Shown here piece after piece: positions 1 through 13,058 of a stretch of DNA of 32,975 nucleotides. Position numbers and translations under genes: made by a program. A model generated the notes under the pieces. The model did not search any database, was not told where the DNA came from, and was given only the letters and a program-made list of their open reading frames with translations. Origin of the DNA: Mesotaenium endlicherianum (Eukaryota); NCBI GenBank assembly GCA_009602735.1, contig WELA01000853.1:143217-176191 (forward strand), written 5' to 3'. Each line of letters starts with the position of its first letter. The stretch's first letter is position 1.

Positions 1-1517
1 GAGGGAGGGGGGGAGGGGGAAGGGGGGGAAGCAGCAAGATAGCGAAGAGAGCAGGCAACAACGCACCCAAGAGCGTAAGCACGTAAGCAACGTGGGACTT
101 ACAGATCCCTTGAGACAGCCTAGGACTGAGACAATGTGAACAGATCTCTAAGGTAGCACAGCTCTCCAGGCGAGTAAAAGAATCATCCCCCAATGAACCA
201 CCCCATCCCACCTGCACGAGGCGCCATGGCACGTACTCTTGGAACCTCCGGTAGGACACCATAGGTGGGATGGGATGACCCAGCAGCATGGGTACCAACT
301 GCTAGGCCACGGAGAGCCCACTTGCGGCGCGTGTGTCCGACAGCGGATACAGCCACACATAGTAGCTCAGTTGCGTAGATCCAGCCCCACCCGGGCCCCC
401 CCCACCCCCAAAAGGTTCCTCCCCTCTCACCCTCCACCATCCCCATTTCTCCCAAGGAGCCAGCTCTCCCTGCCACCACTCGGCCCCTTCGCCTACTCCC
501 AGGCACCTCCTAAGGCAAGCGTGTGCCCTGAGAGGCCCCCAGGTGGCAGCATTGCAGCAAGTAGCGAGTGCTCGGTGTCCGAAGATGCTCGGCCGGTGTG
601 CCCATGGCACTAGCCACCCCGCTACTGCCATGGGCTATGCAGACACAGAAAGGGAGGGGGGAGGGGGAGGACGGGGTGAAGATTGTGGTAGGAGTTACTG
701 CACAAGTGACTTGAAGCTTGGCTTCTATGCAGCAGAGAAAACTGACAGACGCAGAGTTACATGATCCGCTTGCGCCTACGTTCTCTGTTGCTGTTGCAAA
801 CACGATGTAATCCATTGCCACAACTACGTGGCCAAGATCGGCACCTACAGAGCCCCAGGACCAGCATGTGCTGGCACCACCACTGCCTCCGAGTTCCCCC
901 CCCCTTCATTGGCACACCCTTCCAGTGAAGCTGCATGTGGCTCCCGCGCACAGCACCCTCATTCTGTTTCTGTGCACTGTGACCAACACCCTCAAAAGAA
1001 GGTCAACAAATGAGCCCCAGATTTCCCGTATGACTAGATTGTGCCTGCAAAAAGACCGTGGCGGCTGCTAGAGCTCAAATGCAAGGCAAGCTAGCACGTT
1101 GACTTGCTCTCCTCCATATAAGACACCATGAGTGATTGCTTGCTCGTCCAGAAAAAGTCAACTGCAAATTTAAGCAGAGATATTCGAACAGAAAAAAAAC
1201 TCCCGCAGCATCCGGGCTACAGAAACTATGACGTTACAACTAACCGACAGCAGAGACCGATGGGCCATGGATTCACGAGTATGCTTCATGTTAAGCATGA
1301 GGAGTCAACATAACCAGAACAACCATATCATATAAGACATCATCGACGTATCCATTCGCCCAGCTCCATCGTCCTGAAGAAACCCGTTGCATTATCGTCA
1401 TGCACGAGAGCACAAAAAATGACACTTGGGCAAAGATAGTTCGTCACAAGGACGAAGCAAAAGCACCAAGTTCAAGTCTCAGCAGTTTGGAGACAAGGAT
1501 CAAGTTTAGCAAGTAAC

Positions 1518-1616
1518 TTTCATGAGAGAACGACCTGGAGTGTGAGCAGTAGTCGTACCAGGCGCGAGAAGATGTAGAGTTACCACCAAGAGGAGAGAAA
1601 GCGAGCGCAGCGCCAT
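1518..1616 (-). CDS. Possible first exon of an unidentified secreted-protein gene running leftwards
   Basis: ATG at 1616 gives MALRSLSLLLVVTLHLLAPGTTTAHTPGRSLMK, a signal-peptide-like hydrophobic N-terminus. Pyrimidine-tract+AG acceptors occur downstream near 1374, 1045 and 845, but I could not assemble a unique exon chain or recognise a family. Confidence 0.3.
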
Positions 1617-4600
1617 TGTGCTTTGCAGGGCACGCACACCTCTTTTTTTCTGTTTCTGGGACCTTATCTTCGCTGCGTCACCTTCTTCTCTTCCGTAGGA
1701 GGAGTGCTCGAGACTGCTGCAAGACGCATGCAAGCACTCCAGCTCTCGTCGAAAGGAGTGCAGAGCGGAGTGAGTTGCAACGTCTCGAATGCGGAACTTT
1801 TGGTCAGTTGTTGCAGTGCTTTTTAAGAAGCGTGCTAGGAGACATTCGCAAGACCTCCTGGCGTAGTGGAGTGGACCATGCCGCATTTATTGGATGAATA
1901 GCGTCAGAAAATGCCGGCCAGAAGAGATCTGCCCGAAAGTGAGAAGCAGAATAGCCTGGGCAACCTCGGGCAGATAAAATATTAGTCACTTTCAATCGCT
2001 TTCCACAGGAACGTTGCACTGTCGCAATCCCGCCGTTTGCGTTCTTCAATTATGGCAAGTCAAACAACAGAGAACGCGTGAGAAAAAAATAAGAAATGAA
2101 AATCCACACGGTTTTGAAAATGTTTTACTTTCTGTAGACGTATGAATACAGTCAAACAGTACGGACAATGGAAATGCAGCAGGCGCGTTCATGAATCGGT
2201 TGCCCTTCATCGCTGTCCATTGCCCTCAATCCAGGCTCTCAGCCGTGGCGCATGTGGTGGCACACGTATATGCCGAGCAGTAAAATTTTTGCGTGGTTTG
2301 CTAAGAAAGTTTAGTATAGCTTGTACACTTTCTGCTCCTTTCAACAGAAATAAATCCGGTTATGCCCAGGAAGTTGCTCTGGACGCGGGATGGGCTCAAG
2401 GAGATCGTTGGGTCTGATTGGACATGGCATGGTTTTGCTTTCCGTGGTCCAGATTTTTGATCTTTTACTAGTTTCTACTTTATATGCTGGGAATGGTCAT
2501 CCGAAACTTCATAACTGTAGCTCATCGTGGACGTTTTAGAAAAAAAGAGGTTTGGAAAATGTTTATCGTTTGTAAAGAGGTAACAACAGGAACGTCCACA
2601 AGGGTGATAAACTTCATGTCAGGGCCAATCTTATATGAGTCATTCCGTCGTATCTGGTTTCAAGGCAACGACTGGCAACGACCTGCGATCTGAGTGTCAA
2701 CAAGGTCAGCCAACAATGACAATTCAATGTTGAACCAATTAGCACTCGACATGTGATATCCATCGCACGAAGCAGGCTTTTCCCTCCAAAGAGATAGGAA
2801 GTGCTCGGCTGCCAAGTGGAGTAATGAATTGCCGAGCATCGGCAAATTCGGGCAGAAAGCCGATGAGAAGTGACAGCCTACAGGCATTAAAAAGGGCCAG
2901 GATGGGTGAGGAATCAGGATGTATGACCGAACAGCCACATCGGCGGGAAATTCATATCGGGTGTAATTAAATTGTGGAATCCTTGCCATTAAGATCCATC
3001 CGATGTTGACGTCGATCGATCATCTTTGATCGTAGGCATTGTTAGTGACTATCATTGTGGCTCAGTCCTCTGAAAACTTTTTAAAAATTGAAGCTTCGTG
3101 TTTAACCGACCGTACTACAGAAAAGGACCCCCACGCCCACATACCCGTTACTTCCTGTCGCTATCATACATTCCCCATCAAACAACACCGTACTGAACAG
3201 CAAGGACCAGAAACGTCCAACAAGGAACAACACAAATGACAAGGTGGGGTAGGCGGACGGTGATCACGTCATTATCACTTGCACGAAAAAACCGGAGTGG
3301 GTCGGGAGTGGGCCTGAGTGGGCCACCTTTGGCCACCTTCCATCTCCTGGAACTTTGCCTGAAACCAGGAGAATCTGACGTCACAATACAGACAAAATGG
3401 TTTACTCGTGTTTGCTGCCACTTGTGTCAGTACACACATTTGTCAGGAGCATAGGAGGTAGTTGGTCGGCAGTTGGCTGGGGTTGGTTGGGTGCAGTTGA
3501 GCATCAGTTGGGCACCAATCCCTGGAAGTGCCTGGAAGTCTCGTTTTCGGCCAATTTTCTAGTCCGCGTTGAAGTGCTAGTCAAACCAAGTCAAATCAAT
3601 TCTCCTTGATTTCTTTCCGCATTAACCGTGTGCTTCCGATCAATTTGAAAAATGCCAGACGTGTACGAATATCCCATGACTTTTTCCACACTTCTCAATA
3701 CCTACAGCTATCCCTCCGGGTACTGACACTTATAGAGGGAAGCGATTCCCGATTATTTCAGGCGTCGGGCTAACCCAGGCTAACCAGTTGACTGCGACGT
3801 GAGAAGTCATCGATGAGCCTTCAATCTTATGACTTGCCACGGCTTCCAGCCTTCACGACTTTTCATCATGGACTTTCATCATAAAGCTAGAGCTCTGAGC
3901 TTTGCATTAAACAACCCGCTGCCCCCACTTATCTAAAAGAATCACATGCTCGTATGAAGTGGGGAGCTTGCAAGGAACTCCGCAAACATAAGGTAGCACT
4001 TTGTAGCTCACATCCACACATTGCGCAAATGGTTTTAAACGGCCCTGTCGATCGACGCAAAAAGCAATGGAAAGTCGATCTGGATGGTTATCTAAGTGCA
4101 CCCACTCTGGGTTTCCTTGTTTCAAGTCTCGTATATAATTTGTTTGTCTGGAGTACGTCCATATCTTTCTCATTCGCCACGGAAAGCCAAAAAACTCTAG
4201 GTTGCGAGCGTTTCAAGAATTGCGTGAAACTATTTTTATACCTACCGACGGCCATTCTTGATCTTGAAAGTTATCAATGGGCTACGGAAAATAAACTTTC
4301 TTGTTTCTTGGAATTCATTGTACTTTGATTGCTGACTCTTTCTTCAACAAAATAGGCTTACAAGTTGATTGACTATGAAGCATGTGAGCATCATATACAC
4401 ATAAAATGTCATTTTTTAAATATTTGAATACAACATCATGAAGTCTTAATCAAATTATCCCCTTATGTGCTTAAAATTTATATGGTTGGAACCATTTAAA
4501 TGCCTCTTGGATCCTAGCAAAGTTCTATGAAGAACAATGACAAAAGAAACAATTTTGCAAGGAATAAGAAGTTTGATATATTTTGCAACCATGTTCAAGC

Positions 4601-5229
4601 TTCTACAATCCACGAATTTGGTGTGGGTTATTTTTGTTGTATATATTGGCCTATTCCCAAAATACTCTCTTAGTTGCAAAAGTTGCACTGTACTTCGATT
4701 TAAAGCCCAAATTTCATAAGTTGTCAAATAAGATGTTCATCTTCTCAAAATTTGAGCGCGATGTTGATTTGCGCATAAACTATGGAACCAGAAACAAGCT
4801 TATCGATGTCGCACGCGTATTCTTTCGACCTTCACACGGAAATGTCAATTTTCTACTGCCCATTCCAACGGATTAGCAACCTACCACCCTGTCATCGACC
4901 ATGGCTACCATCGCATAGGAGAACCCTGCATCTCATATAACTCTGCTAACACCAACACTTATGCACTCGTCTTTAGCATTATAAAAATATACTTTTAGGG
5001 CAAAGTAGCTAGCGGCTTATTGGAGCTACGCTTCAGCCTCGAAAAGGGTCAAAGCAATCTCAAATAACAATTCTTCCACCTCTTCAATTGCGACTTGAGG
5101 TTTCGTGGGCATAGCTTCCATCAGCTTAACCCCTTCGTGTGGCTCTGCGTTACAGTGCCTTCTCAAGTCATGTAACTATTTTAGTATCGTAGCTTCAGTC
5201 ATTCGTTTAATTGTCCACCATCTTCGACT

Positions 5230-6246
5230 TATGCATCGAAGAACATTTCAACACCAGCTCGTTGAAGCGCAAAACATACTCCTGAACACTTCCTCTTTCA
5301 CAAAGGCGACCCAAGAAATCTCAAGTCGTAGCCTCGGGTCAAGGGTTGAAGTTGTAACGTGAAACCTTCAAAGCTAGCTGATCAATAGTAATATCTAGTT
5401 AAGGGATACTTGTGCATAGGTCCATGAGCATCACGTGTACCACGTAGGTCCAAGTATTTTGAAAATACCAAAAAAACGTGTCCAAAAACGTGAGAAGAAT
5501 TATTTGACAAGTATAATATGTTGATATCCTTTTTTTTTCTTTTAGCACGTTCTGCTTGTAGTAAACTGACTCCTCTACCATCCGCAACCAAACAAGCTTG
5601 AACTTTTGAAGTATTGTGGAAGTAATAAAGCCTTCTAATTTTTCCAAGAATCTTGGAAAATATGAATACATGCGTATTTTCATATTTTACACGTATAATT
5701 TTAATACGTCGTTATACCAATATTTCGTATTCGTATTCCATAACTAGGTGGTAATATACTGTAGAGAATTGCTCTTCTTGCTCAAAGCAAGCTCCAATAC
5801 ACTTCTCTAGTAAGCTAATCATGAAAGCGTCTTGCTTGTCGGACGCTAGCGCAAGAATTTCTTGAATCTTCACATCAAAACATCTACTAATAAACACATG
5901 GCAATTTTACGCTCTGCATCACATACCTTTGGCTTGCGAGCACGCACTCTTGGTACGGGTGGAATTATTGGCGGTACTACAAATTGACCATGGAATAGTT
6001 GGATGACAGGGTTTGGGTGCCATACTCGTCAAACTAGCTTCTCTAACCACAACTTGCACCAATCTCTCCACCTCCACACGCATACTTCACAAAATTTTGG
6101 TGGACATTGCCTCAAACAACGTTTGCTATTTGTTTCATCATTGTCTGCATTTTTTGTTACTGTCTTCTCAGAAGTGGCGCAGCTTTCTTGACGGGCTTTA
6201 CGTGCTCGACATGCTCTTTTCCTCTGGTTACCAACTTTAATTCCAT
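5230..6246 (-). pseudogene. Degenerate gag relic of the same chromovirus family as 8714-15567
   Basis: Colinear DNA similarity to 14110-14774, e.g. 5258-5280 ctcgttgaagcgcaaaacatact vs 14142-14164, and 5365-5390 ccttcaaagctagctgatcaatagta vs 14251-14274. Translation ALASDKQDAFMISLLEKCIGACFEQEEQFSTV matches ALTSDKQVAFVIILLKRIAGAWYEREEQLSRV. An ATG at 6246 is equivalent to 14774. Interrupted at 5395-5747. Confidence 0.85.
5395..5747. mobile_element. Non-autonomous TIR element (MITE/Mutator-like) inserted in the gag relic
   Basis: 15-bp terminal inverted repeats CTAGTTAAGGGATAC (5395-5409) and GTATTCCATAACTAG (5733-5747) match at 13/15. Flanking direct repeats are ATAGTAATAT (5385-5394) and GTGGTAATAT (5748-5757). 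Removing the element rejoins the two gag halves colinearly. Confidence 0.7.
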
Positions 6247-7569
6247 GATTGATATAAATTTTAGAAGAAGAAATGCCCTAATGAAGACGTATTACCTCAC
6301 GAGGAACCAAACCAATTGCCAATATATTGAAAAGTGGAACGGCATATTATAAGGAAGCTTCATAAAATTACTAAACATTCATAACAATTGGAATGTGCTC
6401 ACTAATGTCGTGCATTAGGGTGTCGAGTGCGCATCATCAGCATAAGCAATACACCATAGGCAAGCAGGCTTTGCTGCAATGAAGTTTGGAATGCATGTGG
6501 CCTTAAAGCCAAAAGGGAGTCAAACATCAAATGTTTTGATTAAGAGGCTTGTACCTTAAAATGTACATTGGAAAGAGAACAACTACTGAAATGTGGCCCA
6601 AAAGATCACTGGAAGCACATCATGATCTTCGTAGAGTAGTCCCACGCAAGGGTTTAAGCTGTGAGTTTGCTCACCACTTGTGAAGTTCTTCAAGTGACTG
6701 AAAGCCAGGAGGGCTTGCTCTTTGCAAGAGAGAGACTAAGTGGTCCTGAAACACAAGAGGTCAAAGTGTAAGCCTTATTGATAACTCTGTCACTTACAAC
6801 TTGCCATAACGAACTTCTAAAAGATGGTCCACTAGGGACATCTCAACTTCTTTGTACTCCTAGAAAATCGGCGCAGAAGGTGAAAAATTTAATGCATGCA
6901 GTCACACTAGGAGACTCTCCTGTGTCCACGATTGAGCACAAGGTGTGTGCTGGCACTCTTATAAGCTAAGCATAACATAAGTGAGAAACCAATCAAAACT
7001 AGTTGCAAAGAATATCTCAATGGTGGAGCTTACCTCGACAAATGCTACCTAGATAAAGCCTCAAAAGTGGATCTCGAACTTGAGGAAGCTTCCTGTAAGG
7101 ATAGATGATGCAGTCACCAAGTTCTAGACTTAATGATGCACATGTACTATACTGATGCAAGATACGTGTAGGCTAGGGAGCTCACGAATTTGTGCGCACA
7201 AAGCTAAGGGTCCTTGGGGTCAGGAATAGCCAACAATTTGACCTTTGGGGCACATTAAGACACAAGTTGGCCTTTGGTGAAATTCCGCTTGGGGCCGGCA
7301 GGTGGCGCGGTCTAAATTGCGAGTATCTCGCTCGACACTTGACCAAAGACGCGAAACCGGTACCATTTGGAAGATAGCTCGGCGCTCTACACTCTAGTGG
7401 CTCAAAAATCTAGAAAAGATTTGCATATGGATGCGTAAAGTCAAGTCAAAGTTGGCAGTCCGAGGTTGGTAGTCTACACATGTGTAGCTCGGTTTTGTGG
7501 GACGACCTCGACCTAACAAATCACGACGCCAACAAAACCATATATAATAGATATTGTTCTTGCGTAAGT

Positions 7570-8080
7570 TTAGAAATTTACAAAAGTGAAATTTGGTGAG
7601 TAACAAATTGAAGTTATGTGTAATTCTTGTTATCTATGATGTTTACTCCACTCTTTGAGCGGGAATTGCTTAGGAACAAAATCCCTAAGTGTTTGTCAAT
7701 TCAACCCCTTTTCTTTGAGATTCCGCCGTATGACTTTAAGCTGACGAGCCAAGCAGATTTCAGGTCCACATACAATGTATAAAATAATCTAAATATAACT
7801 TAGGTGCGTCGAGTTAAATCAAATTTCTCATTTGAACATGTGGACACTTCTCGTCAACCAAAGTTACGTGAAAGGTAGACTGCAATGCAACGGGCCTTAT
7901 TTCTTGTTGCTTTTTGTCAACCCAACAATTGCGCTCATGGCAAATCAATAACAGTGATTAAATGATCCAAAAAGCAATCAAACTCTTAGAGATTCTTAAC
8001 TTTCTCAATACTTGTCCGATTTCGACATCCTTTTTACCACAATAATCACAAAAATGTACTCAACAATCCTATGACCTTGC
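7570..8080 (-). mobile_element. Old degenerate LTR of the chromovirus family
   Basis: Colinear matches to LTR 8714-9470: tagaaatttacaaaagtgaaatttg (7571) vs 8895; cgtcaaccaaagttacgtgaaagg (7852) vs 9192; tttctcaatactt (8001) vs 9339; cctatgaccttg (8068) vs the LTR end at 9457-9470. Confidence 0.8.
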
Positions 8081-8299
8081 GTTGCTTATATATGAGTTTT
8101 CTTAGTTCATGATTGATGCCCAAAACGTCATTTCACTTGCAATTATTTCTATTGTGCTGTGCACCTTTTTTTGAATTAATCATAAAGGATTTTTGATGAC
8201 TTCATTTTTTTTTATAGAAGATACTCATTGGTAAATCAATTCATTACAAGTACATTGGGTTTTTGTAGTCACAGGCTATACGAATGGTTCGAACAAGGT

Positions 8300-8713
8300 C
8301 TTAAGCAATTATTATCAATACCATAGAAGGACATTTGGAAGATAACGTGGTTAATACAACTAAAACATCACCGCGTTAGCTAGAGAGGTTAAGGATGCTA
8401 GTGTCGCTCTTATCGCGATAGCAATCCACCAAGCCGAAAAAGGGATTGTTACCAGAAGAGAGTTCAACCAAGGCAAAAAAAGATACAACAGAACAAAAAG
8501 TAAATTCGGAGAGGCTCGAGAGGGAGAAGACCAAGAGACACTAAGGGCCAATCTTTTGTGCAAGCCTTATGATGTGCCTCATGTTGTACGTTTGATTACT
8601 ATTTGCGGAAACTGAGCGGCCATGAGCTAATTGAAACTGTACCAATCAAAAGTGTAAAGGTTGTTGCCAATTGATTGAATGTCGCTGCTGTTAATCTACA
8701 AACTGATGATGGT
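8300..8713 (+). pseudogene. Relic of a second (plus-strand) retrotransposon gag 5' region; continues at 15573 after the chromovirus insertion
   Basis: Shares gcgatagcaa, agggccaat and ttgaatgtcgctgctgttaatctac with 17400-17790. Joined across the TSD to 15573-15650, it aligns with 15745-15910. Confidence 0.55.
8709..8713. repeat. Left target-site duplication ATGGT
   Basis: Identical to 15568-15572 and directly abuts the LTR terminus. Confidence 0.95.
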
Positions 8714-9470
8714 TGAAAGGGGCAGAGTGCCGTAGTGGAAGCGTAGTATTTCACGAGGAAAGAAACTAGTTGCAATTATACTAAAAAGTGCAGCGGCATA
8801 TCACTAAGAAAGCTTAGGAAAAATACTCAACATTTTGAGTAGCAATAAATGCTCACAATGATGTTGGATGGAAGGCCTCGTCATTACAAACCCGTAGAAA
8901 TTTACAGAAGTGAAAATTTGATAAGAAACAAAGAAGTCATGCCTATTTATAGTTTTCTACGAGGGCCGCTCGCCCCTAGGCGAGAGGGCCGCTTAGCAAC
9001 GGATTTTCTTCAAATCGTGTTTGTCAAATCGTCCCTTCCAAAATATTTGTGAGAAAGCCAGATCAGTCTCATCTAACGTGTCGGGCCGATTTGACGTCCA
9101 CATGCATGCATCGAAATATATAGAATACACTAACTTAGACGCGCTAGGCTAATCCGAAACTTATAGGTAAATCGACCTAGTCGGCACTCTGCGTCAGCCA
9201 AACTTACGTGAAGGTTCGAATTCACTTTAACGGCCCAGATCGTTTGCATTGTCGGTCAATCCGACGGTCGCGCTCACCGCGAATTGAGGAAAGTCGTCAA
9301 CCGACCTCAAAATTAATTAAACTTCGGAAATCCATAACTCTCTCAATACTTAACCATATTCGATGAACATTATATCAAATTGACCACAAAAAAACACTCT
9401 ACACTTCTATCTAATCAAAACATACTTTTAAGGAACTCAAAAATGCACTTTGTACACCTATGACCTTACA
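8714..9470 (-). repeat. 3' LTR
   Basis: TGAAAGGGG...CCTTACA on + strand. Roughly 60 differences from 14812-15567 by manual count (about 92% identity). Confidence 0.97.
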
Positions 9471-10770
9471 TCATCCCCCTCCTCAAGATGCGACGTCCTC
9501 GACGCATTCTGCAGATAACGTCTCAACTTACTCTTACGATGTGTCAAGTTGGTCTTTGGCTCCCAAGTGTTGTCGTTCGTATGGTAGCCTTTCCACTTGA
9601 CTAGATACTCTTGAACAAATCGTTGACCTCGCTTGACTCGTCGATCGCCGACAATCGCCTCCACTTCATACTCCAATACATCGTCAATTTTGACCCGTGG
9701 TGGCGGTGTAGGTAGTCGTCCTGGATGTCCTTCATTTGGGTCAATGTATGGCTGCAAACAACTGACATGGAACACATCATGGATACGCCAACCTGAAGGA
9801 AGTTCCAACTTGTAGGTCACTGAATTAACCTGCTTGAGCACCACAAAGGGACCTGTGAATCGTGCTCGCAGTTTCCTTTTGCCCGTGAAAGGTAGATTCT
9901 CTATTGACAAGAGTACTTTGTCACCCACATGGAATGTCACTTCCCTCCTATGCTTGTTAGCATGCTTGACCTGCTCTTCCTGTGCCTTCCAAATACACGT
10001 CTTCGCCATATCCCAAGTGTTGGCCATCTGCTCCATAAAAGCTTGTGTAGTAGGAACCTGAGTTTCCTTGGCCTTCTCCAACAAGATGTTCCCTGGATGA
10101 TATACTTCTCTGCCATAAACTATAGCGAATGGTGACTGCTTGGTGGATCCCTGCATGCTGATGTTGTAGGCAAACTCCAATCCTGGCAGCTTCCTATCCC
10201 ACTTTGAAGGGTCTTCCATAGTGAAACTCCTGAGCACCTCTTGCAAAGTTCTGTTGAGTCTCTCACTCTGGTCGTCTGTCTGAGGATGATAGGAAGTGCT
10301 CATACTCAGCTTGGTCCCCATCAAAGTAAACAATGACCGCCAAAAGTTGCTAGTAAATCTTAGATCTCGGTCTGAAACAATCACCTTCGGCAACCCATGT
10401 AGCTTGAAAATATGATCAAATAATAGTCGTGCCACATCTGCTGCCGTACAAGTCTCCTTCATGGGAAAAAAGTGAGCCATCTTGCTGAGTCTATCAGATA
10501 CAACCCAAACTGCATCGTGCCCTTGACCACTCACTGGTAACGACGTGATGAAGTCCATAGCAATCTGCTCCCAAGGATACTCTGGAATAGGTAGGGGCTG
10601 CAATGTACCTCCCTTCTTTTGATTTGGTGTCTTGTTACGCTGGCAAGCATCTCAATTCCTGATCCACTCCTCAATGTCCTTGTCCATATTTCTCCAATAG
10701 TACTCCCGCTTCCGCACACTTGTCGTCTTTTTGCTTGCAAAGTGTCCAGCATATTAGCAGTCATGATGCT
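9458..10770 (-). pseudogene. Integrase with C-terminal chromodomain
   Basis: Core motifs PWEQIAMDFIT, IVSDRD, QSERLNRTLQE and TGPFVVL; chromodomain EYEVEAIVGDRR...YLVKWKGY...NTWEP. The upstream HHCC zinc-finger region (10640-10770) carries stop codons. Confidence 0.95.
9471..9484 (-). promoter_or_regulatory. Polypurine tract
   Basis: Minus strand GAGGAGGGGGATGA immediately precedes the 3' LTR. Confidence 0.9.
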
Positions 10771-11410
10771 CCGCAAGTAGTAAGTCTCGTAGCTCCTCGA
10801 TGTCAAGTACCACCACTCTCTTGGAATCACCATAATACCATATGCCGTCCTTTTTCTGCATACTCAAGTTGGACTCAGCTGCTCCACAATTAGCAAACTT
10901 TGGGTCCTCTTCATAACCTCTCTGAAGCTTCTCCTTGAAGTTCATACTCTCCTTGATGACTGAGACAGCTGCAAGGTCGCACCTCCTGGATAAAGCGTCT
11001 GCAGGGTTGATCTTCCCAGGTAAGTACTCAATCTTGTGGTTGAACTGTTGCAGAAACTCCATCCACCTTGCTTGTCTTGGTGTCAATGTTGGCTGCGTCA
11101 TAAACTTCTCCAAGCTCTTGTGGTCGGTCTTGATGAACACCTTCCGGCCGTCCACATAACATCGCCAAATCCTCAAAGCCTGGATAATAGCCAACATCTC
11201 CCGCTCGTGTGCTGCATAATTCTGCTCAGCAGGACTCAACTTCCTGCTCTCGTATGCCACAGATTGCAATCCTTTACCCTGGTCCTGGAGAAGAATGGCT
11301 CCCACTGTAAAGTTTGATGCGCCCGTGATGATGGTGAAAGGAAGCTCTGGACTGGCAATTGCCAACACAGGTGCCTGTGTCAACAGCTCCTTAATCTTCT
11401 CGAAGGCTTG
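10754..11410 (-). pseudogene. RNase H domain of pol
   Basis: TGASNFTVGAILLQ (canonical TDAS; the catalytic Asp is Gly here), AYESRKL, YAAHEREMLAI, TDHKSL, RQARW, NPADALSR. Confidence 0.93.
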
Positions 11411-12762
11411 CTACTCCTTGTCACCCCATAGCCACTTCTCCTGCTTCTTTAACATGTCCGTGAGCGATGCACACACCTTGGCAAATACTTCAATGAAGCG
11501 TCGATAATAATTCACCATGCCGAGGAAGCTCCTGAGTTGATGAATATAAGCAGGTACCGGCCAATTTCCGACTGCTTGCACCTTCTTCTGCTCCACCTTG
11601 ACTCCTTCAGCTCCCACTATGTGCCCAAGAAACTCGACTTCCTTGAGACAGAAGTCGCACGTGCTCATCTTCCCATATAACTTCTGATCTCTCAAGTCCT
11701 CCAACACCTTCCTCACATGCTCCACATGCTCTTCCAAGGTCTTCGAGTAGATCAAGACGTCGTCCAATAATACCACCACAAACTGGTCCAAATAGGGTCT
11801 GTAGATACTATTCATGAGTCCCATGAATGTAGCAGGTGCATTGATCAATCGAAAAGGCATGACTGTGAACTCAAACAAACCATAGCGAGTCCTGAAAGCA
11901 GTCTTCTGAACGTCTCCTTCCGCAATCCGTACCTGGTGATAGCCACTCCTCAAATCGATCTTCGAGAAGTACTTCGCCTCGACAAGCCTGTCAATTAACT
12001 CGTCCACTCGTGGAAGTGGGTACCTGTTCTTGATAGTGACCTTGTTGAGTGCCCGGTAGTCGACACACATCCTAATAGTTCCATCCTTCTTCTTCACAAA
12101 TAAGACTGGCGCTGCAAATGGAGACTCGCTGGGTCGGATGAATCCCTTCTCCAATAACTCCATCAGCTGCTTCTTCAACTCATCCAACTCCGCAAACGAT
12201 TGACGATAGGCGGGTCTCACTGGTGGCTTGCTCCCTGGTTCCAACTCGATCTTGTGCTCCGTAGCTCTCTGTGGAGGTAATCCTGCAAGTAGCTCCTCAG
12301 GAAAAACGCACTTGAACTCCTCCAACAGCGCCTTCATGTGGGCAGGCATCTCAGCAGGCTTCTTCTTCTCTTGAGTGGTTGGGCTCTGCTCCTTTTGAGC
12401 AAGGGGATCAGACACCGCTACTTGCTCCTCCGGCGATGTACATTTGCCCAAGCTGTTAGGATTCACGCTTGCTCCATCTGATGACCTGGCCAGGGCCATC
12501 GAAACAAGGTGCATCTCCTTCACCTGATTCGTCCTGCATAGCTTCTTAACTTGCAGGCTTGATAGAAAACAATTACTTGTGGTCGTATCTACCTCCACCT
12601 GTTTTGCTGTCTCCATTCGACCATCACGCCCTTGGACTTTCACTTGTCTTGTGCTCCAATGCACTTGGGGGTTGGCTTTTCTTAGCCATGGTCGACCCAA
12701 TATCACCTCATGATGACCCAACTCTGCCTGCTTCATAACTTCCTTACTCCGGTGCCCCGCTA
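11411..12762 (-). pseudogene. Protease C-terminus, linker and reverse transcriptase of pol
   Basis: [70 protein letters not shown]. An in-frame TAG at 11411-11413 separates it from RNase H. Confidence 0.96.
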
Positions 12763-13047
12763 CTTCACGTGAATAGCTTCCGTAGGTGCACCACACTTGA
12801 GTCTCTGCCCATTCACCAAAATTGCCTCCTTAGGCTCATAATGCTTCTGCACAGGGATTTGCCACTCTCTCACCAGCTTCTTGTGCACAAAATTTGCACT
12901 TGCGCCACTGTCGACCATACACTTCGCCTTGTTGCCGTCGACTACTCCTTCCACGATGATAGGCTTGTCAACATCTCGTCTTTCGCTTCTCGGCAGGCTC
13001 CTGGGGATAACCTCCTTGTAAGTTCTCGTCTTCTCGCCAGTAGACAC
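12760..13047 (-). pseudogene. Retropepsin aspartic protease of pol
   Basis: CMVDSGASANFV active-site motif. An apparent 1-nt deletion near 12762 shifts the frame ([11 protein letters not shown]). Confidence 0.92.
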
Positions 13048-13058
13048 CCCAGAACAAC

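Noticed and set aside
2142..4880. Short ORFs, e.g. 2660-2989 (-), 3907-4173 (-) and 3954-4328 (+)
   Set aside because: No recognisable motifs or consistent exon structure; probably decayed repeat or intergenic DNA.
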